The notes under the pieces were generated by a model. The model did no database searches. It was not told where the DNA came from and saw only the letters and a program-made list of their open reading frames with translations. From Thalia democratica (taxonomy: Eukaryota), in the NCBI GenBank assembly GCA_965202585.1, contig OZ241827.1, positions 22,568,001-22,632,000 on the forward strand: a stretch of 64,000 bases of DNA, in the 5' to 3' direction. Position numbers and translations under genes: made by a program. Positions 49,501 to 59,187 of the stretch are shown here, one piece after another; position 1 is the first letter of the stretch; the number at the start of each line of letters is the position of its first letter.

Positions 49501-50608
49501 ATTTGTAAAGAATTGTATGTAAAAAAAACAAATTTAGAGCATATAGAAATTTTTCTTAAGTTTATACCGATAATTTTAGACTTAAACAGTAATATAAAAA
49601 TAATAGAATTATGACTATGCAAGAAATAAGACAGCAATTTTACAATGTTTAAAATAAATTGAAAAGTGTATGTTATACTTGTTCAGCGTAAACATAAAAA
49701 ATGTAAATAACCGACTTAAAACTCTTGAATAGCTTCTTAACAATACTTACAGCATCTGGTTACAAATAAATTGTCTTGCTTTATATTTTCTTTACCAAAA
49801 CAAAAATTGTTTAGTAGCTTTATTTAACATAAAAGCGAAATAACATCATAACTTAAGTTTTTGAAAATAATTTTAATACCACCTTAGATGAAATGAACAA
49901 GTTAATAAACAATTAAAAAAGCAAGTTTTTTGAGTTGGTTACTGATTTTTTTTTTAGTTGTAAATACAAAACTTGAATAGTTGTAACAAATTAGTTTAAA
50001 TTTGTTTAATTTTTATGAAAGTGTATATTTAAAAAATGGTAGTTTTCAAAGTTGTTATATGTTGTCTTAAAAAGTGTTGGCTAACTAAATGTTTTTCATA
50101 CATATATCTGACGAAATGTAACACCATTTAAGTGTAAATATTTAATTATTGGAAAATTTATTTATAACACTTGATAAAACAATATTATTGAAATACTTCC
50201 AAGAATGTATTAAAAGAAGTATCATATAATTAAAAAAAATGTTTTATTAAATTCTTTAATTGTTTATATGCTTTTTCATGCTACAACATTTTAAAAACTG
50301 TCTTTTTTAAAAATAAACATGATACTCATTTCTAAAAATAGTTGCAACAATTTGGATTGCTGTGGTGTAAGCTTCACTTTAAAACCAGCTTGCAGAGCGA
50401 ACCGATCACAAATCAATTTTATTAATTTCCGCAGATAAACGAGGAGTGCTCGACGGGGTCTTCCGCCACATCCACTTCTCTCTCGATTTCCCACAACGAC
50501 CTCTCTCAGAACACGCTCAAAACTTCCCTGTCCAACAACGACCTCTCTCAAAACTCCCTCAAGTCGTCGAACAGCGACGAGTTCGAGCCGCTTGTAAAAT
50601 CGTGTTAA
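37439..50608 (+). CDS. ACVR1: BMP/activin type I receptor Ser/Thr kinase, ALK1/ALK2 (ACVR1/saxophone) class; 15 coding exons, ~581 aa
   Basis: Phase-consistent GT-AG exon chain: 37439-37502, 38066-38160, 39399-39496, 39619-39740, 39890-40041, 40304-40381, 40633-40729, 41333-41523, 41856-42002, 44146-44230, 45712-45803, 47990-48101, 48640-48770, 49188-49295, 50435-50608 (1746 nt). It encodes a signal peptide, a 10-Cys ectodomain with CCEESFCN box, a TM helix, AVGDSTLA, the GS box [11 protein letters not shown], and a complete kinase. The L45 loop [10 protein letters not shown] is diagnostic of ALK1/2. Confidence 0.95.
38066..38160 (+). CDS. ACVR1: ACVR1-like exon 2 (Tyr/acidic insert)
   Basis: TAG|..[31 protein letters not shown]|GT; phases 1 to 0 fit both neighbours. 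Confidence 0.75.
39399..39496 (+). CDS. ACVR1: ACVR1-like exon 3 (ectodomain)
   Basis: [32 protein letters not shown], bounded by CAG| and |GTAAGT. Confidence 0.9.
39619..39740 (+). CDS. ACVR1: ACVR1-like exon 4 (Cys box)
   Basis: [40 protein letters not shown]. Confidence 0.9.
39890..40041 (+). CDS. ACVR1: ACVR1-like exon 5 (transmembrane)
   Basis: ..[38 protein letters not shown]. An equally in-phase acceptor exists at 39917, so the 5' boundary is uncertain. Confidence 0.8.
40304..40381 (+). CDS. ACVR1: ACVR1-like exon 6 (juxtamembrane)
   Basis: ..[16 protein letters not shown]|GTGAGT (cf. ACVR1 GLITTNVGDSTLA). Confidence 0.85.
40633..40729 (+). CDS. ACVR1: ACVR1-like exon 7 (GS domain)
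   Basis: [32 protein letters not shown]. Confidence 0.95.
41333..41523 (+). CDS. ACVR1: ACVR1-like exon 8 (kinase I-IV, L45 loop)
   Basis: [58 protein letters not shown]. Confidence 0.95.
41856..42002 (+). CDS. ACVR1: ACVR1-like exon 9
   Basis: [33 protein letters not shown]. Confidence 0.95.
43345..43360 (+). promoter_or_regulatory. Candidate BMP-responsive Smad1/5-Smad4(-Schnurri) element GGCGCC-N5-GTCTG
   Basis: GGCGCC TCAAT GTCTG is an exact match to the consensus GRCGNC(N)5GTCTG. It lies within a ~430-bp GC-enriched non-coding island (43130-43560) in intron 9. Confidence 0.55.
44146..44230 (+). CDS. ACVR1: ACVR1-like exon 10 (catalytic loop)
   Basis: [29 protein letters not shown]. 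Confidence 0.95.
44623..44950 (+). mobile_element. Intronic CAGGGTTGCCA-family MITE (copy 2)
   Basis: Termini are CAGGGTTGTCA and TGGCAACCCTG; the interior is homologous to 47135-47500 and 8049-8411. Confidence 0.8.
45712..45803 (+). CDS. ACVR1: ACVR1-like exon 11 (activation segment)
   Basis: [30 protein letters not shown]. Confidence 0.95.
47135..47500 (+). mobile_element. Intronic CAGGGTTGCCA-family MITE (copy 3)
   Basis: Termini are CAGGGCTGCCA and TGGCCACCCTG, flanked by TATATA on both sides. Confidence 0.85.
47990..48101 (+). CDS. ACVR1: ACVR1-like exon 12
   Basis: [37 protein letters not shown]. Confidence 0.95.
48640..48770 (+). CDS. ACVR1: ACVR1-like exon 13
   Basis: [43 protein letters not shown]. 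Confidence 0.95.
49188..49295 (+). CDS. ACVR1: ACVR1-like exon 14 (end of kinase)
   Basis: [36 protein letters not shown]|GTTGGT. Read-through of the donor would stop at 49326-49328. Confidence 0.9.
50435..50608 (+). CDS. ACVR1: ACVR1-like exon 15 (Ser-rich tail with 14-aa repeat)
   Basis: It has a TTTCCGCAG| acceptor, is a GC-rich island, and is open in phase 0: [57 protein letters not shown]. Confidence 0.75.
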   Translation: MNEECSTGSSATSTSLSISHNDLSQNTLKTSLSNNDLSQNSLKSSNSDEFEPLVKSC

Positions 50609-53600
50609 TTTTTACTAAAATGTGAATGTGCTGCGCTTGAAGTGATCCGCAGCAGTTTGCTTAAAATATACTTTTGATTAATGTTTGATACTCGTAGCAG
50701 TTTCGCTTATTTGAAAATAGCAGCAATGTATTTTAAAGCTAAAAATATAAATCTTCAGTGTTTTTAAAAATCTTAGGAAAATTTAAAGACTGCAGATTTG
50801 TATGAGCTACGTCCCATACTATGCACTAAGTAATTTTAGACAAATTTCTGTATTTTTTTGGAAAAATTAGGTTTTACATGTTTTATACACACTCTCTGTT
50901 TTCAATCACTGTTTCACAAATCTTTACTTCCTTGGATCAAGGACAGCATAACCTTCATATAAACTGATCACTTTTGCTTTTTTCTGAACTATATAAAAGC
51001 TATGCTATGACTTGAAAAATTTTGTCATCGAAGGCGCTTTTTGGTAACTGCTAGGCAAGTTTTGTTGTGTCTTATATGATATTACGACTTCATATTTCTT
51101 GAAACAGCTTAAAATATTTATATACCTGATCTTAGTTCAATGTATAAAGTAAGCTTTGTAGTTTCTGTAGTGGGTTTTGTCTTTAATCCCTCAAGTGTCT
51201 AGCAAGCGCTTTTTTTTTTCTTTTTATTAACAGTCTAGTTTAAATAGTTGTACGTTTAAAAATATTCTTAACACAGTTTTAAACATATATTTTTGTTTAT
51301 ACCCTATTACAAAGTATTTTTAAAAGTATTAAATAAATTAAATTTTATAAAAATACACTGTTTACAAGAACAGTGTTTCCTTAATTTCCATGAGAAAATT
51401 ACATGCTTGTGAATGTATTGTACAACAATTTTTTTAACACATATATTATTCAACTCATTACTTGTATGTCAAATTAGTTTTTGACAGATACAAGTTGTTT
51501 TTAGTGTTTGTTATAAAAGCCTAAAGAATGAAAATTTTTTAAGCTGTAAATAAGGTTGAATTGTACAGTTATTTGAGGAAGTCTAGAACTGAAAAAAATA
51601 AGTTTAATGTTTAGTTTTAATAATCTTAACTTTTATTAAGACTATAAGAACATAGATGATATCATTTTTGTTATGGTATTTCAAATATTCATTTCAGAAA
51701 CTTATGATATCTTGATACACTTTGGTAGAAGATTGTTAAGATAACACAGCTAACTAGTAATATTTTTATACTCGAATAGTTTCAGCATTCTAAAATTCAT
51801 TAAAAACAATTTCTTCTCATTAAACTATATGATTTTAAATTTAAAAAAACTATTACTTAACAGTAAAAATTAAGTAAATACTGTAAACTATGTATAGTTT
51901 TTTGTTTGTGTTATTTTTTCTTAAATCAAAACAGGTTTTTACCCATAAAAACCTGCATAAGTGTGTAAGTATTATTTTGTAAAATGTGATAATTTATGGC
52001 TTAAATTGAAAAATTATATTTTTTATGGCTATACTTTACACACTATAAACTAAAAGTATTTTTCTAAAAAATTCAAAAGAATTATTTAAAACTTCTTATG
52101 ATTTTATCTTAAAATTCATTAGCTTATGCGTTTTTATTTTGTTCAAAGTTATAATAAATTATATATCATTGTATCAAAAATTCAATTTTAGTAATTATTT
52201 ATATAATGTTCTTGAGCATGATAAAATAAGTAGTAAAAATTTTATTCTGCTGTCTTACAATTGTTCTAATAAAGATGAAAGAGAAAAGTTTTGAATCATC
52301 TGTCAAAATTTGATTTATCGTTTCATGTTTTACAATGTAGAATCTTTTTGTGCCGCTATTTGATTGAATTATGTTAAACAAAAGGCTTTAACGAAAATTA
52401 TTTATTAACTTATGATTTTTATTATGCATTTTTTAAATCTTTATTACCTGTTATCAATTTTTATTTTACTGAAAATTGTCTCTTAAAATTAAGCCTTTCA
52501 TAATCTGATTTTCAATTAAATATTTAAATAAGTTTTTCAAATATTTTTACGAAATTTAGTTTAATAAGATTTGGCCATTTTATAACTGACTTTATTTTAA
52601 AGTATGAAACTTTTCAAAAAGTGTTTATAAATTTCTGCTGATTGTCTAAATGTTTAATATTTTTTATTTATCAAATATCATGTAAGTTTTATCATGGCTG
52701 TAATAAGATTATTTAATAAATAAAAGAATTGTAAAAAAAAAATTAAGAAGAAACAAGTTGTCATATCATTATGAATTTACTTTCATTTAAACATTTTAGT
52801 TAAACTAATAAAATATATTTACATTTTAAGTACAATTGTTTTTCTCGTATGTTGTTGCCATGTGTTTAATAAATAATACACTTTTATATATTTTTGTTGA
52901 TCAAGTTTATTATACATATCATAACTGCAATGATAGATTATTAGAAGAAATAATTTCAAACTATATTTACTCAAAACACAAGAACCAGGGTTTTATTAGG
53001 TTGGTAATAACTCTTTTAGTTTAATTATGTAACGAAGTTGTAAAACATAAATAAATAAAAGAATTTGGGGTCAAGCAGCCATTTAGTGGCTAGGAAATCA
53101 AACCAATTGTTGTGCACATAGTTGCATTGAAATAAAATTCTTGTTTTTTTGTTTTGTTTTATTTCTGCATATTGTAGTTGATAAGTTATGTAAATTTCAA
53201 TTCAAGCGGATATCCCATATTTCAGGCTAAGTTTTTCTCGGAATTCTTCATAAATTTTGTTTAAAAGTAGCTTTCACTAAATAAGTGTTTTATAATATTT
53301 TTTTTTTTAGATTTTAGTGTAGTGTATGATAAAAATTAAAACATATAAAAAATACTCAAGTTTATTATAATTTTTATTAGCTACATAAAGAAATATAACA
53401 TGTAAACAGACTTTGAAATACTAGTTTTAAAAATTTATACAAAAAAATTGTTATCCTTTTTCTGTAAATATACATTTAGCTTTTCTACTACATTGGCTCT
53501 AACCTTTAAAAAAATCATATAAGCGTTCTTACAGGTGTTTTTAGTTATGTTATTTTCAATATGCTCTTGTTGATCTAAAAGCACTGTTAACTTTTTAAAA

Positions 53601-53968
53601 AACAAGTTAAACAGTCTATATATATGCATTGAGTTTTTAAAACTTGTAACCAAAACCAAAAAGAAAGTGCTGAAATAAAGTTAAGACGTGTAGGTATTTC
53701 TACTTTGCTAACCAGGTCTTTATTTTGAAGTTAAAATGTGCAGTTTTGTTTTTTAATTTGAAAAAAGAAAAAACTGTTCGCATTTCTACTTACTTAGCTT
53801 AGAAAATTTTAAACTGGAAAAAACTGCATTGAACTTGTGTTGTTACTCTTTGCTTTTTCACTAAAGTAAGTTTAATAAAAACATTTTTTGCTTGACGCCC
53901 CATGGCTTCTAGCTAGCCGACAAGTGAATGTACAAATTGTAGCATCTTTTTGACTGCGTCTTTTTTAG

Positions 53969-54135
53969 TTTAACAAAAGGGTTGATCATGCCAATTCGAT
54001 CATCAGACCACAAGTTTCGGTGGACTGATGCTACTTTTGGTCTGATGATCGAATTGGCATGTTAAACTTGAGCTTGTCTCACTGCAGAAGAAAGTCCGGA
54101 CTTCTGTTCTGCAGACTTTTTCCGATGTTTTTTGT
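53969..54135. other. Double-hairpin insert bounded by a 14-bp direct repeat
   Basis: It has a perfect 24-bp stem CATGCCAATTCGATCATCAGACCA/TGGTCTGATGATCGAATTGGCATG and a second palindrome CTGCAGAAGAAAGTCCGGACTTCTGTTCTGCAG. TGCGTCTTTTTTAG occurs at 53955-53968 and 54136-54149. Confidence 0.75.
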
Positions 54136-55926
54136 TGCGTCTTTTTTAGATTTCATTTATGCACGGGTGTCACTTTTGTTAAGGTAAAATAGATATGGTT
54201 AAATTTAGACTATAAAATGCAATTAACTTAAGTAAAAATTAATTAATCAAAAACTAAAACATACAGAAGGTATAAGTTTTATAAACCTAAGCAAAAGTTA
54301 AACTATAGCTATTTTTTATAAAACCTTAGTTGACTATATTAAGTTAAATTTTGACTAGAGCTAAACTACAAATAAAATTTTACACACGGTTTGGAAAATA
54401 GTTTTTAATATATAACTTTTTTATTATTTTTTGGTTACTACCAGATCCAAATGTTCACACTGTGTCTTTGACTGTAAACAGAACGTCCTTCACTAATGCT
54501 ATGATGAATTTATAATTTTAAGAAAATTTAACTGCTGATAAAAAAAAAATAGTAAAACACTTTTTTAAGCTAAAAATACTATACTGTTATTTGCTTAAGC
54601 TAATTAAAGAGCAAATTAAACCTAATAAACTTTAAATAAAACATTATCACACGAATCAAAGCACAAGTTTTTTTTTTTACAAAAGGTCATTTTTGCTTAG
54701 TTACTTGATTAAATGTAATTAATTAAAAACACTGAGCAAAAATGTTCCCTACAGCAAAGCTACTATAAGCTTAAATTTTCTGAAATAAGAGATTGTTAAT
54801 ATAATTTTATAAATTATCACTTTTGGATCGACATGCCTCTAATATTGACGTTATAAGTTGTAAAAAGTATATAATTTATATAACTGTACAAAAATATTGG
54901 TTAAATCGTTTGCTAATAAAAGATCCTAGTGAAGTATCTTCACTGGAATATAAATAAAAACAAGTTATACAGTAATCTTCCTTTATTCTACCAACATATG
55001 TTTCTGTGTGTCAACGAATCAACACACTTCAACTGGGTTCTGTAAAAAAATAATTACTGTAATGAGAGAATAGAAGCATAGAATAAAGTAGGTGTATATA
55101 TGTTTTCATTAAAATAAGGTATATTCTACAGATAATAGTTATTAATAGGTGAAATACTTAACATTAAATCCGACTGTTATAAAACTATATGATATTTGTA
55201 ATTATTAAGTCTAAAATAAATAAGCAAGCTAAATTACACAACAAAATATAATATAAACAAACAACTTACGTTAATAGGAAAGATAACTAAATCAAAATTT
55301 GCCGTTGTTAACTAACGAAAAAAATACATTTGTTACAACTAATAATTACGTCACAATGTAAATGAGGCCACCTAAACTATTCAATTTGTACTGCAAGAAC
55401 ATTAATTTTGTTTTTATGTAATCTATTTTGAACAAAAATAAAACATTAACCATCAGTTAGTAAATCAATAAAATTTAATAAAACTTAACGACGCTGAAGG
55501 CAATAAAAGTCACAGAAACTCGGTGTAACATGTATATTGAATGTTAGTAATGATTGAAACAAAGTTATATAGAATTAGGAAGCAGATTTAGTTCAAATGT
55601 GAAAATCAAAAAGTGAAAAAATTAAAAAATTAAACTTTAAGGAAAAAATTAAACTTTAAGGAAAAAAAAACAAAAAAAACATAATTATTACTAGGCTTAC
55701 AATGTACTGACCGATAATTAATTTACAGCGACATACATAAAATCATAGTGATCTGGATTAAATATATATTGTATTTTATAATTAATAAAATAATTAATTG
55801 GTAAAGTTGGAGTCGGCTGTTTAATTTAAATATCCCTTACAGATATTTTATATATTTAATAAGTAAATTGTGTTATATGTGAAAGTTAAAATGTAAAACA
55901 ACAAGGTAGTCATATGCTAAGTATAA

Positions 55927-55974
55927 ACCTGCAGTAAAAAACCTACTAGCTCTCTTGGGCGTAGTAAATATAAA

Positions 55975-56021
<47 letters not shown>

Positions 56022-56760
56022 TAATAATAATAATAAGTATACAAATAATGATAGTGGTAATAAGAGTAATAGTAGTAACCATATTAATAATAACAATGGT
56101 AATAGTATTAATAATAACGACATAACCAATAATAGTAATAATAATAGTAATATTAATAAATATTATAACAATAATAATTATGATAATAATAATAATAACT
56201 GTAGTAACCAGAAAAATACCAATATCTGTAATACTTATAACGATGAAGTAATTAAATGTGGTTTTAAATTCAAGAACAATGTAGGTAAAAATTGTAACTG
56301 TCGTAAGTCGAATAAAATAAACTGTCCGTTACATGACTGCTTAATTAAAAATGTTGTGTATAAGGTGCGTGTTAAATGTAAACTTAGTGAAGATAAAAAC
56401 ATAAACAATAATAATGTTAATGATAATAATAAGGATAAGGTGTATATTGGTTCCACAGGAGGTCACTTTAAAGATAGGTACACCGGGCATAAGTATACTT
56501 TTAAGCATGTAAATAAAAAGAATAGTACAAGATTGTCAGATTTCGTTTGGCAGTATTTTGATAGGTATGGAACCAAACCAGAAATGGAATGGAGCATCCT
56601 CCACCACGCCAACAATAACATCAGTAGCGCGAGCAAGATCTGCCAAATATGCAACCTTGAACGAATGGCAATTTTAGCAGAAGATAGTAAACAATTACTA
56701 AATAAAAGACGTGATATTTCAAACAACTGTGCACACAACCGACGGTTCTTCTTCAAATAA
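55927..56760 (+). CDS. Penelope-like GIY-YIG endonuclease with upstream Cys knuckle and poly-Asn linker (stop-free frame, no ATG start, RT missing)
   Basis: Frame +1 is open from 55927 to TAA at 56758-56760: poly-N, CNCRKSNKINCPLHDCLIKNVVYK..KVYIGSTGGHFKDRYTGHKYTF..STRLSDFVW..CQICNLE..LLNKR..CAH. Confidence 0.85.
55968..56200 (+). repeat. (AAT)n microsatellite, degenerate, encoding poly-Asn
   Basis: A pure AAT run at ~55975-56034 is followed by a degenerate AAT/AGT/AAC tract. It explains the spurious poly-Ile/poly-Leu ORFs on the minus strand. Confidence 0.95.
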
Positions 56761-57414
56761 CACCTTGGCGCCTTCTCACCTTTCATACTTTTCATTCACC
56801 TTCCACATACACACACACATTCACTTAACATATATTAATATAATTATATATCCTAAGTAACATATAGTTTTATTCATTTATTATTTATATCTATTTCACA
56901 CAAGTCACTTTCTATTCTCTGAAATTTCATATATTCACTTTACCCTCCGACTATAATTCTTCACACCTTTATATGTTAAGTTCCAAGTTTAATTGGAAGC
57001 CTGTATTCAAATCACAGATAAACCGTGCTTTTTTACCTACTACGCCCAAGAGAGCTAGTAGGTTTTTTACTGCAGGTTTATACTTAGCATATGACTACCT
57101 TGTTGTTTTACATTTTAACTTTCACATATAACACAATTTACTTATTAAATATATAAAATATCTGTAAGGGATATTTAAATTAAACAGCCGACTCCAACTT
57201 TACCAATTAATTATTTTATTAATTATAAAATACAATATATATTTAATCCAGATCACTATGATTTTATGTATGTCGCTGTAAATTAATTATCGGTCAGTAC
57301 ATTGTAAGCCTAGTAATAATTATGTTTTTTGTGTTTTGTTTTTCCTTAAAGTTTAATTTTTTCCTTAAAGTTTAATTTTTTCATTTTTTCACTTTTTGAT
57401 TTTCACATTTGAAC

Positions 57415-59187
57415 TAGTGATGTACCGGACTCACTATCCGGGTCCGGGTCCGGCCGGATATTGCCATTTTTGTCTGATATCCGGATCCGGCCGGATTCTT
57501 ATTTGAAAAAAAAGTCCGGATCCGGTTCCGGCCGGATTCTAATTTGAAAAAAAAGTCCGGGTCCGGTTCCGGCCGGATTCTAGTTTGAAAAAAAAGTCCG
57601 GATCCGGGTCCGGCCGGATCTTAACAGAGATCCGGCCGGACCCGGATATAGTTAGTAAAAAAGAGCATACTGAAAAGTATTTTTTTAAAAACAAACCCTG
57701 TGTAAATTAATAAGAGTCATTTTCGTCAGTTAAAATTAAACACCTACCGTGATTTGCTCATTTTGTACACGTGACTAATTACATTTGTTTACATTTAAAC
57801 TATGAAATAAACATTTCATGAAATGCAACTCTTTACATATGTTGTAAAATTAAAAACTTTGGAATGAATACTTGCATTATTTATTGTTTAAAGTTGAGCT
57901 CAGAGAATATTTAGAGTTAATACGGTTGATTACGAGCAATGAGAATCATATGACGAAATGTTTCAAACTAAATACTGATGCAACAAAACATCAGAACATG
58001 ACAGGCAGTTTATATGTAAGCAGTTAGTTAGTTTGGTGTGTAGTGTGAAGCAACAAAATATCTTGAACGTTTTTGTGAATGCTTATTGTAAGTAGTGTTT
58101 TGTTTTAAAAGTGAATATTTCAACAGGTGTTTAATTGTTTAAATATTTAAGCCAGGTTTATAGTTTAATTGTTTATTAAAAATTTTACAGTTTCTTGTTT
58201 ACTAAAAGTTTTATTTAATTCTTAATTTTTTGTTTTAAGTCTTTTGATATAGATTTAAATAGCTTCCAGTTTTTAAAGTGTTACCAAAGTAATTAATAAT
58301 TTTGTATATGCTAGTATTTTTTGTTGTGTTTTATATTAAAGATTCATCTGTCGTGTCTGATTATAGAAAGTAGTCTCAGTTAGAACTTAGTATTTGTTAG
58401 ATATTAATTAAATAAAGTAGGATTTAATTATGATGGGTAGTATTAATAAGTTAAGTGTACCACAATCAGTCCACAACTTTACTACAAAATTGTCAACCTT
58501 TGCTAGCTGTTCTACTGATTATTAGATTAAAGTAATTTTTTCAGTTTTTAAAAATCTCACTCTGACTCAGGCTTGTTTATACTCACTCTAGCTAGTTTTA
58601 TTGACTTAAACAGTGGCAACCCTGCTAATTTGAAAATTTTTGGGAATTTTAGAAAATCTTAGACTGCCTCAGGCTAGTTTAGTTGTTTATAAAAACTCAG
58701 GCTAGTTTTCTTTTAGATTTTGAATGAGTTTGAGCTAATCCAGTTTTCAAAATTTTATAATTTTCTAGTGTATTTTGTTCAAGAACTTGATTTCAGATTT
58801 TTAATTGTAAATAACACCTAAATTTGTAAACCTTGTGGCTAGCTGTTCTACTTATTATTAGATTAAAGTTTTTTTTTTCAGTTTTCAAAAACCTCATTCT
58901 GACTCAGGCTAGTTTATTCTAGTGATCTACCGGACTCACTATCCGGGTCCGGCCGGATATTGCCATTTTTGTCTGATATCCGGATCCGGCCGGATTCTAA
59001 TTTGGAAAAAAAGTCCGGATCCGGTTCCGGCCGGACTCTAATTTGAAAAAAAAGTCCGGATCCGGTTCCGGCCGGATTCTAATTTGAAAAAAAAGTCCGG
59101 ATCCGGTTCCGGCCGGATTCTAATTTGAAAAAAAAGTCCGGATCCGGGTCCGGCCGGACCCGAAATTGTGGGTCCGGTACATCACTA
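57415..59187. mobile_element. Composite non-autonomous hAT element (two left ends, one right end) with 8-bp TSD
   Basis: The TIR is TAGTGATGTACCGGAC/GTCCGGTACATCACTA and the TSD is ATTTGAAC at 57407-57414 and 59188-59195. A second left end lies at 58920. There are 41-bp CCGG-rich tandem units (about 3 and 4 copies). Confidence 0.93.

Noticed and set aside
53990-54060. Hammerhead ribozyme (CTGATGA and GAAA both present on the minus strand)
   Set aside because: Only 8 nt separate GAAA from CTGATGA, and CTGATGA is locked in a perfect stem, so the three-way junction cannot form.
55873-56129. Poly-Ile / poly-Leu ORFs resembling signal peptides or TM proteins
   Set aside because: They are the reverse strand of the (AAT)n microsatellite.
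57440-59160. CRISPR-like array (regular 41-bp palindromic units)
   Set aside because: The units are head-to-tail with no unique spacers, lie inside hAT termini, and the context is eukaryotic with no cas genes.
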